Source: an uncultured bacterium
Lineage (GTDB): Bacteria; Deinococcota; Deinococci; Deinococcales; Trueperaceae
Direction of reading: 5' to 3'
NCBI GenBank assembly: GCA_964398765.1
Contig: CAYNNL010000001.1
Span: 2,214-66,213, forward strand
Length of the DNA: 64,000 nucleotides
In this document: piece after piece, positions 11,113-19,690 of the stretch
Layout of the letters: every line of letters starts with the position of its first letter
Position numbering within the stretch: the first letter of the stretch is position 1
The notes under the pieces: generated by a model
Seen by the model: the letters and a program-made list of their open reading frames with translations, nothing else
What the model was told of the DNA's origin: nothing
Databases searched by the model: none
Translations under genes and position numbers: made by a program

Positions 11113-12096
11113 ATGAACGTCCTCGTCACCGGCGGCGCCGGTTACATCGGATCGGTCACCGTGGCCGCCCTGCTGGCCGGCGGCCACGACGTCGTGGTGC
11201 TGGACGACCTGTCGACCGGCCACCGCGAGGCCGTGCCTGACGGCGTGCCGTTCGTGCACGCCTCCGTGGCCGACGCCGACATGGTCGACTTCACGTTGCG
11301 CCACCACGGCGTCAGCGCCATCGTCCACTTCGCGGCGGCTTCGCTGGTGGGCGAGAGCATGACCAAGCCCACCAAGTACTTCCTGCAGAACACCGCCGGC
11401 ACGTTCTCTCTCCTCGACGTTGCCGTGAAACGCGGCGTCGAGCGCTTCGTGCTCTCGTCAACGGCGGCCGTCTACGGCACGCCCACCAGCGTGCCGATCC
11501 CAGAGGGCGCCGAGCTGCGGCCCGAGAGCGTATACGGCGAGTCGAAGCTGATGATCGAGCGCGCCCTCGGCTGGCTGGCAGGCACGACGGGCCTGGCCTC
11601 CGCCGCGCTGCGCTACTTCAACGCCGCGGGCGCCACGGACGACCTGGGCGAGGACCACAGGCCGGAGACCCACCTCATCCCCCTGGTGCTCCAGGTGGCC
11701 GCCGGCACGCGCGACGCCGTCCAGGTCTACGGCACCGACTACCCGACGACCGACGGCACCGCCGTCCGCGACTACGTGCACGTGAGCGACCTGGCGGCGG
11801 CGCACGTCCTGGCGCTGGGGGCCCTCGAGGCGGGCGGTGCGCACGCCTACAACCTCGGCAGCGGCGCCGGCTACTCTGTGCGCGAGGTTGTCGAGGCGTG
11901 CCGACGCGTCACCGGGGCGACCATCCGCGAGGTGGAGGTGGGACGGCGCGCGGGAGACCCGCCCGTCCTGGTGGCCGACAGCACCAAGGCGCGGACGGAG
12001 CTCGGCTGGGCGCCGCGCCACGACGACCTCGCCACCATAGTGGGCAGCGCTTGGCGCTGGCACTCCGCCCACCCGCGCGGCTACGACGCCACCTGA
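11113..12096 (+). CDS. galE: UDP-glucose 4-epimerase
   Basis: I use the internal start MNVLVTGGAGYIGS (Rossmann GxxGxxG). Also present are YGESKLMIE (the YxxxK catalytic motif) and DGTAVRDYVHVSDLA. The track ORF 11017.. looks like an N-terminal over-extension. Confidence 0.9.
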   Translation: MNVLVTGGAGYIGSVTVAALLAGGHDVVVLDDLSTGHREAVPDGVPFVHASVADADMVDFTLRHHGVSAIVHFAAASLVGESMTKPTKYFLQNTAGTFSLLDVAVKRGVERFVLSSTAAVYGTPTSVPIPEGAELRPESVYGESKLMIERALGWLAGTTGLASAALRYFNAAGATDDLGEDHRPETHLIPLVLQVAAGTRDAVQVYGTDYPTTDGTAVRDYVHVSDLAAAHVLALGALEAGGAHAYNLGSGAGYSVREVVEACRRVTGATIREVEVGRRAGDPPVLVADSTKARTELGWAPRHDDLATIVGSAWRWHSAHPRGYDAT

Positions 12097-12207
12097 GCCT
12101 CGGTCACCGCGGTCGCCAGGCGCCCACCGGGCACGCGGCAGATGATGAGCTCGTTAAGCCCCCGCGGAGCATCCTCACCCGGCGGGTGCGGCCCGGGACC
12201 GAAGATG

Positions 12208-12213
12208 TGATAT
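12208..12213 (+). promoter_or_regulatory. candidate -10 box (TGATAT) in the galE-downstream spacer
   Basis: An AT-rich atgTGATATgac lies ~210 nt upstream of the next ATG (12427). Confidence 0.3.
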
Positions 12214-12426
12214 GACCTGTTGCGGTGCGTTCTCGGGCGCCGTCGGTGGCGTTGAGCCGGCCGCCGGTGAGCCCGGTGCAGCGTCACGCACGGTGAGCGG
12301 TGGACCAGGGGACCTACGGCCGCGGAGGTTCGTCCGCGGGGGACCCGGACGCCATGCGGCTGCCCCAGGAGGGCCGGTTCCGGCCGGGCAGCACCGTGCT
12401 ACTCTTCGACTCACTTGGAGCGTGTG

Positions 12427-13014
12427 ATGAAGCGACTACTCCTCACGACCCTACTTGCGCTCGCCGCACTGGCGTCTGCGCAGTCGGGGGCGGTCATGAG
12501 CGGCATCGTCAAGAGCGACGGGCCGCTGGCGGAAGGCACCCGCGTTGCCATCCACATCGTCGACTCCGACAACGTGTGGGGCCTCGAGGTCACCTCAGTG
12601 ACACCGGTGGGCGGCACCTTCCGCGTGTCGCCGGGCGCCGTGCCGGCCGACCAACTCAAGCCGTTCCGCTCCGGCAGCGTCCTCCTGCCCGGCCTGCAGA
12701 ACGAGTACCGCGTCAGCGAGACGGACGTGAACGTAGCCGTGGCGCGCTTCAACATGTACGTGGACCAGAACGGTAACGGCGTGTTCGACCGCGTCGTTGA
12801 CCGCTACTACATCGGCCTCGCGAGCCTCGAGGCGCCCGTCGGCTTCTTCACGCTCCTCTACGTCGACAAGGCGGCCACGCTCGTGGGCGGCGGCGCCGAG
12901 CTCAAGCTCAGCGCGGGCTGGAACGTGTTCACCGTGCGCTTCCCCGACGACAAGGCCGTCTACGCCGTCTCCGCCTCCGTCGACGACATCGTGCTCGACG
13001 TCGACCTCCAGTGA
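12427..13014 (+). CDS. secreted hypothetical protein
   Basis: Signal peptide [20 protein letters not shown], with a GGAG SD 6 nt upstream. The beta-rich sequence matches no family I recognise. It lies immediately upstream of ribH. Confidence 0.65.
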   Translation: MKRLLLTTLLALAALASAQSGAVMSGIVKSDGPLAEGTRVAIHIVDSDNVWGLEVTSVTPVGGTFRVSPGAVPADQLKPFRSGSVLLPGLQNEYRVSETDVNVAVARFNMYVDQNGNGVFDRVVDRYYIGLASLEAPVGFFTLLYVDKAATLVGGGAELKLSAGWNVFTVRFPDDKAVYAVSASVDDIVLDVDLQ

Positions 13015-13042
13015 CGACGCGGGCCTACTCCAGGCTTCAGGC

Positions 13043-13546
13043 ATGAGGGTCTACGAAGGCACCCTGGCGGGTGCGGGTCTGCGGGTGGGCATCGTCGTGA
13101 GCCGCTTCAACGAGCTGGTCACCAGCCGCCTGCTCAGCGGCGCGCTCGACGCGCTGAGGCGCGTGGGCGTGGCCGACGACGACGTCAGCGTGGTGTGGGT
13201 CCCGGGAGCCGTCGAGATCCCGCTCCTCGCCGCCAAGCTGGCGGCCTCGGGCGGCGTCGACGCCGTGATCACGCTAGGCGCGGTCGTGCGGGGCGATACC
13301 AGCCACTACGATCACGTCTGCAGCATGGTCGCCTCGGGCGTGGCTCGAGCGGCCGAGACCAGCGGCGTGCCCGTCGTGTTCGGCGTGGTCACCACCGACA
13401 CGATGGAGCAGGCCATCGACCGCGCCGGCGGCAAGGCGGGCAACAAGGGCGCCGACGCGGCGGCCACGGCCGTGGAGATGGCCACCCTGCTCCAGCAGTT
13501 CGCAGCGCGGCCGGCTCGAGCGGGCCGGCGCCCCACCAAGGCCTGA
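13043..13546 (+). CDS. ribH: 6,7-dimethyl-8-ribityllumazine synthase
   Basis: Contains [40 protein letters not shown] and [15 protein letters not shown], the canonical RibH motifs. Confidence 0.93.
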   Translation: MRVYEGTLAGAGLRVGIVVSRFNELVTSRLLSGALDALRRVGVADDDVSVVWVPGAVEIPLLAAKLAASGGVDAVITLGAVVRGDTSHYDHVCSMVASGVARAAETSGVPVVFGVVTTDTMEQAIDRAGGKAGNKGADAAATAVEMATLLQQFAARPARAGRRPTKA

Positions 13547-13570
13547 CCCGGAACCGAACCGGGCTGCGTG

Positions 13571-14914
13571 CTAGCTCCCGGGCTTGGGTTCCAGGGTCCA
13601 GCCTTGCGCCGCAGCGTAGCGTCTAAGTAGCGCCTCTGCTCCCGGACGGTCCTGCACGTCGCCCACCGCGCGCGCCTCTGCCACGACGGCGAGCGCCTCG
13701 CCCACCCGGGGTCCCGGCGCGAGGCCGAGCAGCGCCATGACGTCGTTGCCGTCGAGCAGGGTGGCCGGGGGTGGCTCCGCCTCCAACGCCGCGAGCACGC
13801 TCGAAACCGCGACCCGGTAGTTGACTCGGGCGCCCTGGCTGGCGGCCCGTCCCCTCGACGCCTCGCGGTCGGCGAGCATGAGCTTGAGCAGGTCGGGGAG
13901 CAGCGCGCGGCGCCTATGCACGAACCGCCTCACCGCCCGCTCCTCCCGGGGGAGCGGCACCATGTGGTGGCGGACGAGCGCGGCGGCGCGCTCCACCTGC
14001 TCGTTCGGCAGGCGCAACCGCCGCAGGGCGCGCTGCACCATCTCGGCGCCCACCTTGTCGTGCCCGTAGAAGGTCGGCGTGCCGAGCGGCGTGCGGCCCT
14101 GACTGGCCGGCTTGCCTACGTCGTGGAGCAGGGTGGCCCAGCGCAGCGCAGCGTCCGCGTCGGGGAAGCCGGCCAGAAGCTGGTTCAGCGACTCGAGCTG
14201 GTGATCGAGCACGTCGAGGTGGTGGAGAGCGCCCTGCGCCACACCGCGCCCCAACTCGAGCTCAGGTAGGTAGATGGCGAGACCACCGAGGGCCTTCAGC
14301 AGGGCGAGGCCGCGCGGCGCGTGGCGCGAGACGATGAGCGCCTGGAGCTCGGCTCCCACCCGCTCCCAGGCCGGCGCCGGCGCCGCTCCCGTCCGCTGCG
14401 CGAAGAACGCCTCGATGACGGCGTCCTTCGTGGCGGGTTCCAGCTCGCACACGAGCGTGGCCGCGAAGCGCACGGCCCTGAGCGGCCTCACGGGGTCCGC
14501 TTCCAGGCTGGCGAGCGATGTCATCCGCACCCGGTGGCTCTTGAGGTCGGTCGCGCCACCGGTCGGGTCCATGAGCTCGCCCGCCGGGCTGAGAGCCATG
14601 GCGTTGCAGGTGAGGTCGCGGCGGCGCAGGTCCGCCTCGATGTCGCCCTCGCCGGCCCGGAAGGGCGTGAAGTCGTGGAGGACGCCGCCCGGTAGCGCGA
14701 CCCGCCAATGGCTCCGCTCCTCGTCCATCAGGAAGGCCGAGCCGCCGAGCTCCCTGGCCTGCCGGTCGGCGCTCGCGGCCGGGTCCGGCACCAGCCAGTC
14801 GAGGTCGCGGGCCGGGCGGCCGAGCAGCGCGTCGCGGACGGCACCGCCGACCAGCAGGGCGCCTGGCGGCCACGGCATAAACTGGCTCGTGTCTACTGGC
14901 TCCGGCACGGACAT
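13571..14914 (-). CDS. cca: CCA-adding enzyme / poly(A) polymerase family with HD domain
   Basis: Contains LLVGGAVRDALLGRPARDLDW (nucleotidyltransferase motif), RRDLTCNAMA and HD-domain LLHDVGKP. I chose the ATG at 14914 because a GGAGGTG SD lies 6 nt upstream. The ATG at 14878 is an alternative. The track ORF extending to 15274 is an over-extension. Confidence 0.85.
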   Translation of the reverse strand: MSVPEPVDTSQFMPWPPGALLVGGAVRDALLGRPARDLDWLVPDPAASADRQARELGGSAFLMDEERSHWRVALPGGVLHDFTPFRAGEGDIEADLRRRDLTCNAMALSPAGELMDPTGGATDLKSHRVRMTSLASLEADPVRPLRAVRFAATLVCELEPATKDAVIEAFFAQRTGAAPAPAWERVGAELQALIVSRHAPRGLALLKALGGLAIYLPELELGRGVAQGALHHLDVLDHQLESLNQLLAGFPDADAALRWATLLHDVGKPASQGRTPLGTPTFYGHDKVGAEMVQRALRRLRLPNEQVERAAALVRHHMVPLPREERAVRRFVHRRRALLPDLLKLMLADREASRGRAASQGARVNYRVAVSSVLAALEAEPPPATLLDGNDVMALLGLAPGPRVGEALAVVAEARAVGDVQDRPGAEALLRRYAAAQGWTLEPKPGS

Positions 14915-15590
14915 GTCCGGCACCTCCCCACCACCCACTCTAGACGGGCTGGGGCGCCCCCTGCGTGTGGGCCTGACCGGCAACATCGGTTCCGGCAAGT
15001 CGACGGTGGCACGCCTGCTGGCGGCGCGCGGCGCCGACGTCATAGACGCCGACGCCCTGGCCCGCGAGGCGACCGCCGACGCGGCGGTCCTCGCCGAGAT
15101 CGCGGCCGCGCTCGGGGCCGGGCTGGTGAAGGACGGTCGGCTCGACAGGGCGGCCACGGCCGCGCTGGTGTTCGCCGACCCCGCGGCGCGTAGGGCGCTC
15201 GACAGCATCGTCCACCCGTGGGTGGCGCGGCGGCGGCTCGAACTGGAGGCCGCCGCGGCGTCAAGGCGCCCCATGCCGCGCGTGGTGGTCCACGACGTGC
15301 CCCTGCTCTACGAGGTGGGACTCGATAAGGCCGTCGACGTGGTCGTGGTGGTGTACGCGCCGTTCGAGGTCAGGGCCCGGCGTCTGGCCCGGCGCAGCGG
15401 GCTCGACCGCGAGCAGGCGCTGGCGCGCGACCGCGCACAGCTTCCCCTGGAGGAGAAGGCCGCGCGCGCCGACCACGTGATCGACAACGGAGGCGACCTT
15501 GCCTCCCTGGAAGAACAGGTGGCGCGCCTCTGGGAGGAGCTGATCACCGCTCCGCCCGCCGGCGCGCCACCCGGTCCGGGCGCCGCCTAG
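14913..15590 (+). CDS. coaE: dephospho-CoA kinase
   Basis: Contains RVGLTGNIGSGKSTVARLL (P-loop), DADALARE and VHPWV. The start is uncertain: the ATG at 14913 shares the CATG with the cca start, and the GTG at 14967 is an alternative. Confidence 0.82.
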   Translation: MSGTSPPPTLDGLGRPLRVGLTGNIGSGKSTVARLLAARGADVIDADALAREATADAAVLAEIAAALGAGLVKDGRLDRAATAALVFADPAARRALDSIVHPWVARRRLELEAAAASRRPMPRVVVHDVPLLYEVGLDKAVDVVVVVYAPFEVRARRLARRSGLDREQALARDRAQLPLEEKAARADHVIDNGGDLASLEEQVARLWEELITAPPAGAPPGPGAA

Positions 15591-15626
15591 TCTGGCGGCG
15601 CCGGGCAACCAGAACCTAGCCGACGT

Positions 15627-17372
15627 TCACCAGTTGACCTGCGAGAGGCCGTAACCGCGCAACACGCCGCCGTCGACGACCTGGTAAGAGTACGAGCCGC
15701 CGAACTTGTCTGCCACGAAGTTCACGAACTCGGTGAGGGCCGCGCCGGCCGCCTCGGCGGCCTCGAAGTCGAGGTCCTCGCTGCCCGCCATGCCGACGGC
15801 CGTGCCGAACTGCGACAGGACCGTGTCGGCGAGCGACCTGAGGTTGGCCTGGTCGTTGGAGAGCGTGATGCTCACCGCGGCTCCCGGCACGTTCTGGAGT
15901 AGCGGGGCCAGGCTGCCCGACAGGCCGGCGCCCGCCGCGCCCGCGGCCAACGCAGCGTCCATGCCGCTCGAGCTCGTTGCCACCAACAGGAAGCCCTTCG
16001 AGAAGGCCACCTCCACCACGATGCCCTCGCCCAGGTCGTACGTGGTCACGTTGGTGCCGGAGGACGTGCGCGTGGTCGGCTGCACGAGGCCGGGGCCACC
16101 GCTGGGGTCCATGAACGACGACGCCAGGCTCGTGGTCATGGCGAGGAACTGGGAGAGGCCGGCCTGCGCCGCAGCCTCGTCCGTGACGGCCAGCAGGTAG
16201 ACGCTGTCTCCCAGGATGTTGTCAGGCGTCACCCCGGGGGCGGCCGTCGTGGGGGCCGACACGGTGATGGCGCCGGCGCCCGTGCCCATCCAGCTGAACA
16301 GCATCTGGTTGAGGTCGATGCCGAGGTTGTCGGCGAGGAACGAGTCGAGATCGCCGATCCCGAGTTCTGGCAGTTCCGAGACGAGCACGTTCAGGTAACG
16401 CCACCAGGCGCCGGCACTGAAGTTGTTGGCTTGCACGCCCAGGGCGCCGGCCGGGGTGAACCCGAGCGCCGCCGCGGGGTAACCGCCCTTGGCCGTGAGC
16501 AGGTCGTAGAGGGCGGGGTCGAGCGAGCGGTCGCCCAGTGCCTGGATGGAGAGCGTCTCTATGCCTGAGTCGGTGAGCCGCACCACGCTCGACACGACGC
16601 CCACGGTCTTGAGCATGGCGGCGACGCGCTCGATGCTCTGGTCGAAGCCCATGCCGGCGGCGAGGGGCTGCGCGACCTTGGCGGCACTCGGCAGGTCGAT
16701 CATGAACGAGACCACGGCGGGCGTGAGCCCGGCGAGCGTGGCCGCGTAGGCGGGGGAATCGGTGAAGTTGGCCTCAGCGGCGCCCTGGTAGCGGCGAAGC
16801 ACGCCGCGCAGGGTGTCGGGGTTCGACGTGAGGGCGACGAAGCGGCCGTCTTGCGCGAACGCCAGGGTCGAGCCGTCGTCGTCCGACGTGAAGACATCGA
16901 ACTTGAGGTTGCCCTCGGTGAGGGTCTCCACCGTGCCGCCTGCGTTCTCCTCATCGCGCAACTGCTTGATGAGCGCCGCGGCGCGGTCCGACACGCGGGC
17001 GACCACGATCAGGGCGGGCAGCGGGTTGAAGCTGGACGCCGACGCGGCGATCCATAACTCGTCGCCCAGCAGGTCGAAGAGGCTCATGTCCTTGAGCTCG
17101 GCGGGGATCTCGTCGGTCGCGTCCTCGCCGCCAGTGCGTTCGAGCAGGGTGGTCAGGTCGAGACGTTCCCACTCGTCGATGATCGGCCTGAGTTTGGCCT
17201 CGTGCTGGTTCAGACCCTGCACTCCGAACGCCACCAGCGTGTCGGACGGAAGCAGGGGCGCGAGCGACTGCGCGGCCGTGAGGGAGAGAAAGGCAGCGAG
17301 CAGGAACGCCAGGGCCGTGCGGCCGAGGCGGCCTAGCGGGCGGGCTGGGGGTGTTGGGGGCATGGGGTCCAT
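15627..17372 (-). CDS. secreted hypothetical protein (DUF3352-like, tentative)
   Basis: 581 aa with an N-terminal signal/anchor LAFLLAAFLSLTAAQS and an Ala/Gly/Ser-rich soluble domain. The family assignment is from memory only. Confidence 0.6.
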   Translation of the reverse strand: MDPMPPTPPARPLGRLGRTALAFLLAAFLSLTAAQSLAPLLPSDTLVAFGVQGLNQHEAKLRPIIDEWERLDLTTLLERTGGEDATDEIPAELKDMSLFDLLGDELWIAASASSFNPLPALIVVARVSDRAAALIKQLRDEENAGGTVETLTEGNLKFDVFTSDDDGSTLAFAQDGRFVALTSNPDTLRGVLRRYQGAAEANFTDSPAYAATLAGLTPAVVSFMIDLPSAAKVAQPLAAGMGFDQSIERVAAMLKTVGVVSSVVRLTDSGIETLSIQALGDRSLDPALYDLLTAKGGYPAAALGFTPAGALGVQANNFSAGAWWRYLNVLVSELPELGIGDLDSFLADNLGIDLNQMLFSWMGTGAGAITVSAPTTAAPGVTPDNILGDSVYLLAVTDEAAAQAGLSQFLAMTTSLASSFMDPSGGPGLVQPTTRTSSGTNVTTYDLGEGIVVEVAFSKGFLLVATSSSGMDAALAAGAAGAGLSGSLAPLLQNVPGAAVSITLSNDQANLRSLADTVLSQFGTAVGMAGSEDLDFEAAEAAGAALTEFVNFVADKFGGSYSYQVVDGGVLRGYGLSQVNW

Positions 17373-17466
17373 CTGTCCTCCTGGGGGTCGAGCACTCCCT
17401 ACCTTAGCGGGGTGAGCCGCCGGGCGCGGTGGTCATACTCACTGCCGGGCTGCAGGCTCCGGCGCG

Positions 17467-19542
17467 TCAGCTCCCGGCGCGCGCCAGGGTCCGCCTGGCG
17501 GCGGCGACGACGTTGTCGACCGTGAACCCGAACTCTCGCATCACCACGTCACCGGGCGCCGACGCGCCGAAACGGTCGATGCCTACGGTCTCACCGGCGC
17601 TTCCCGCGTAGCGGTCCCACCCCAAGGTGGTGCCGGCCTCCACCGTCACCCGGGCGCTCACCGCGGCCGGGAGCACGGCGGCGCGGTACTCCTCGGGCTG
17701 CCGCTCGAACAGCTCGAAGCTGGGCATGCTCACCACCCGGGTGCGGACGCCTTCAGCCTCGAGCACGTCGCGGGCGCCGAGGCAGAGCTGCACCTCGGAG
17801 CCGGTGCCGATGAGGATGAGGTCGGGTGGCTCCACCGGGTCGGGCCTGTTCGCCGTCGCCGCCGCGCCTCCTGCCGCCAGGCCGCCCGCGGCGCCGGCCT
17901 CGGCGATCACGTACGCTCCGCGCGCCACGGCGCCCTCCGGCACCGCCAGGTTCGGCACGTTCTGGCGCGTGAGCGCGAGGGCGGTGGGGTGGTCGCGCGA
18001 GGCCATGGCGTGAGCCCAGGCCTGCACGGTCTCGTTACCGTCGGCCGGCCGGATGACGTCCAACTCCGGTATGACGCGGAGCGACATGAGCTCGCCGATC
18101 GGCTGGTGGGTGGGGCCGTCGCCGCCGAGCCCGATGCTGTCGTGCGTGAAGTCGAAGATGGTCCCGATCCCCATGAGGGCCGACAGGCGCAGCGCGGGGC
18201 GTAGGTAGTCGGAGAAGATCAGGAAGGTGGCCACGAACGGCCTTAAGCCGCCGTGCAGGAACAGGCCGTTGCCTATGGCCGCCATGCCGTGCTCGCGGAT
18301 CCCGAAGTGGATGATGCGCCCGGAGTGATCGATGGGGCGCATGGCGGTCTCGCCCGCGATGTCGGTGTAGTTGGAGCCGGCCAGGTCGGCGGAGCCGCCG
18401 ACCAGCTCCGGTACCCGGGCGGCGACCGCGTTGAGCGCCTCGAGGGACGCCTTGCGCGTGGCCACGCTCTTGCCCACCGGGTAGCTCGGCATCTGAGCGT
18501 CGTACCCGGCCGGCAGCTCCCCGCGCATGACGCGCTCGAACTCGGCCGCCAGTTCGGGGTGCTCGGCGCGGTAGCGCTCGAACATGGCGCGCCAGGCGGC
18601 GTGGTCGCGAGCGCCGCGCTCCACGGCGGTGCGCATGTGGGCGAGCACGTCGTCGGGCACGGTGAAGGCGGGCCAGTCGATGCCGAGGTTGGCCTTGGTG
18701 GCAGCGCTCTCCGCCTCGCCCAGCACGGAGCCGTGCACCTTGGGGGTGCCGGCCAGGTGCGGCGAGCCGTAACCGATCACGGTGCGCACCGCTATGAGGC
18801 TCGGGCGCGCCGGCTCGTTGCGGGCCTTCGCGATGGCCTGCTCCAGCGCCGCCACGTCGTTGCCGTCGGCCACCTCCTGCACGTGCCAGCCGTAGGCGCG
18901 GTAGCGCGCCTGCACGTCCTCCGTGAAGGTGATGGTGGTGGACCCGTCTATCGAGATGCCGTTGTCGTCGTACAGCACGATCAGCTTGCCGAGGCCCTGA
19001 TGGCCGGCGAAGGACGACGCCTCGCTGGACACGCCCTCCATAAGGTCGCCGTCCGAGGCGATGACGTAGGTGAAGTGGTCGAGGATCGGGTAACCGGGGC
19101 GGTTGAAGCGAGCCGCCAGGTGGGCCTCGGCGAGGGCCATGCCCACCGAGGTGCTGATGCCCTGCCCCAGCGGACCGGTGGTCATCTCCACACCGGCGGT
19201 GTGGCGGTACTCGGGGTGGCCCGGGGTGAGGGAGCCCCACTGGCGGTAGCGCTTCAGCTCCTCCATGGGCAGGTCGAAGCCCGTGAGGTGGAGGAGGGAG
19301 TAGATGAGCATGGAGCCGTGACCCGCCGACTGCACGTAGCGGTCGCGGTTGGGCCAGTGGGGGTCGCGTGGGTCGTAGCGCATGGCGTGAGCGAAGAGCG
19401 TGTACCCCATGGTGGCAGAGCCCATCGGCATGCCGGGGTGGCCGTCGCCCGCGGCCTGGGTGGCGTCGATGGTGAGCGCGCGGATGGTGTTCACGGAGCG
19501 CTGCATGAGCGCCTTGTCAGTGGTGACGGTGGGGTCGGGCAT
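17467..19542 (-). CDS. tkt: transketolase
   Basis: Contains [24 protein letters not shown] (TPP-binding) and GIREHGMAA. The start MPDPTV is at 19542, with a GGAGGG SD. The track start at 19584 is an over-extension. Confidence 0.95.
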   Translation of the reverse strand: MPDPTVTTDKALMQRSVNTIRALTIDATQAAGDGHPGMPMGSATMGYTLFAHAMRYDPRDPHWPNRDRYVQSAGHGSMLIYSLLHLTGFDLPMEELKRYRQWGSLTPGHPEYRHTAGVEMTTGPLGQGISTSVGMALAEAHLAARFNRPGYPILDHFTYVIASDGDLMEGVSSEASSFAGHQGLGKLIVLYDDNGISIDGSTTITFTEDVQARYRAYGWHVQEVADGNDVAALEQAIAKARNEPARPSLIAVRTVIGYGSPHLAGTPKVHGSVLGEAESAATKANLGIDWPAFTVPDDVLAHMRTAVERGARDHAAWRAMFERYRAEHPELAAEFERVMRGELPAGYDAQMPSYPVGKSVATRKASLEALNAVAARVPELVGGSADLAGSNYTDIAGETAMRPIDHSGRIIHFGIREHGMAAIGNGLFLHGGLRPFVATFLIFSDYLRPALRLSALMGIGTIFDFTHDSIGLGGDGPTHQPIGELMSLRVIPELDVIRPADGNETVQAWAHAMASRDHPTALALTRQNVPNLAVPEGAVARGAYVIAEAGAAGGLAAGGAAATANRPDPVEPPDLILIGTGSEVQLCLGARDVLEAEGVRTRVVSMPSFELFERQPEEYRAAVLPAAVSARVTVEAGTTLGWDRYAGSAGETVGIDRFGASAPGDVVMREFGFTVDNVVAAARRTLARAGS

Positions 19543-19690
19543 ATCGGTCCCTCCAGGTGCCGCTCGTGCTGGCCTGGACGGCACCGTGCGGCTCCGTCAC
19601 GATACCAGGGCCGCGCGCGGATCCCGCGGCGGGTGACGCCACCGTGGCGGCGGCGACCCGCTCGGTGCCGGAGGAGGTGGCGCGGCCGGC

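Noticed and set aside
12336-12346. c-di-AMP (ydaO) riboswitch, suggested by GCGGGGGACCC, which is identical to an 11-mer I remember from the B. subtilis ydaO element, plus a second GGGGACC copy.
   Set aside because: The other conserved ydaO blocks are absent (the AAUC elements, GGGGUGAAUC, and ACCCGA..CCGACAGCUAAC). I left it as a search suggestion only.
12097-12426. FMN (RFN) riboswitch upstream of ribH.
   Set aside because: I looked for the RFN core (GGGTGAAATTCCC, ACCGGCGGT..AGCCCGCG, GCCGACGGT..AAGTCCGGATG). Only vague fragments such as GCCGGTGAGCCCGGTG are present. A secreted-protein gene also separates the spacer from ribH.
12212-12427. 71-aa ORF in the galE-downstream spacer.
   Set aside because: About one third of its codons end in A/T by hand count, far more than in confirmed genes here. 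It has no SD, and its end overlaps the next gene's start region.
13571-15274. N-terminal over-extensions of track ORFs. Examples are cca to 15274, galE from 11017, tkt to 19584, bioY from 22219, the Fe-S gene from 23194, aldehyde DH from 32647, rfbA to 50047, rfbB to 51300 and the fusion gene to 39759.
   Set aside because: The extensions are low-complexity, overlap neighbouring genes or promoters, and precede obvious conserved N-termini that have an SD or a leaderless -10 box. I used internal starts instead.
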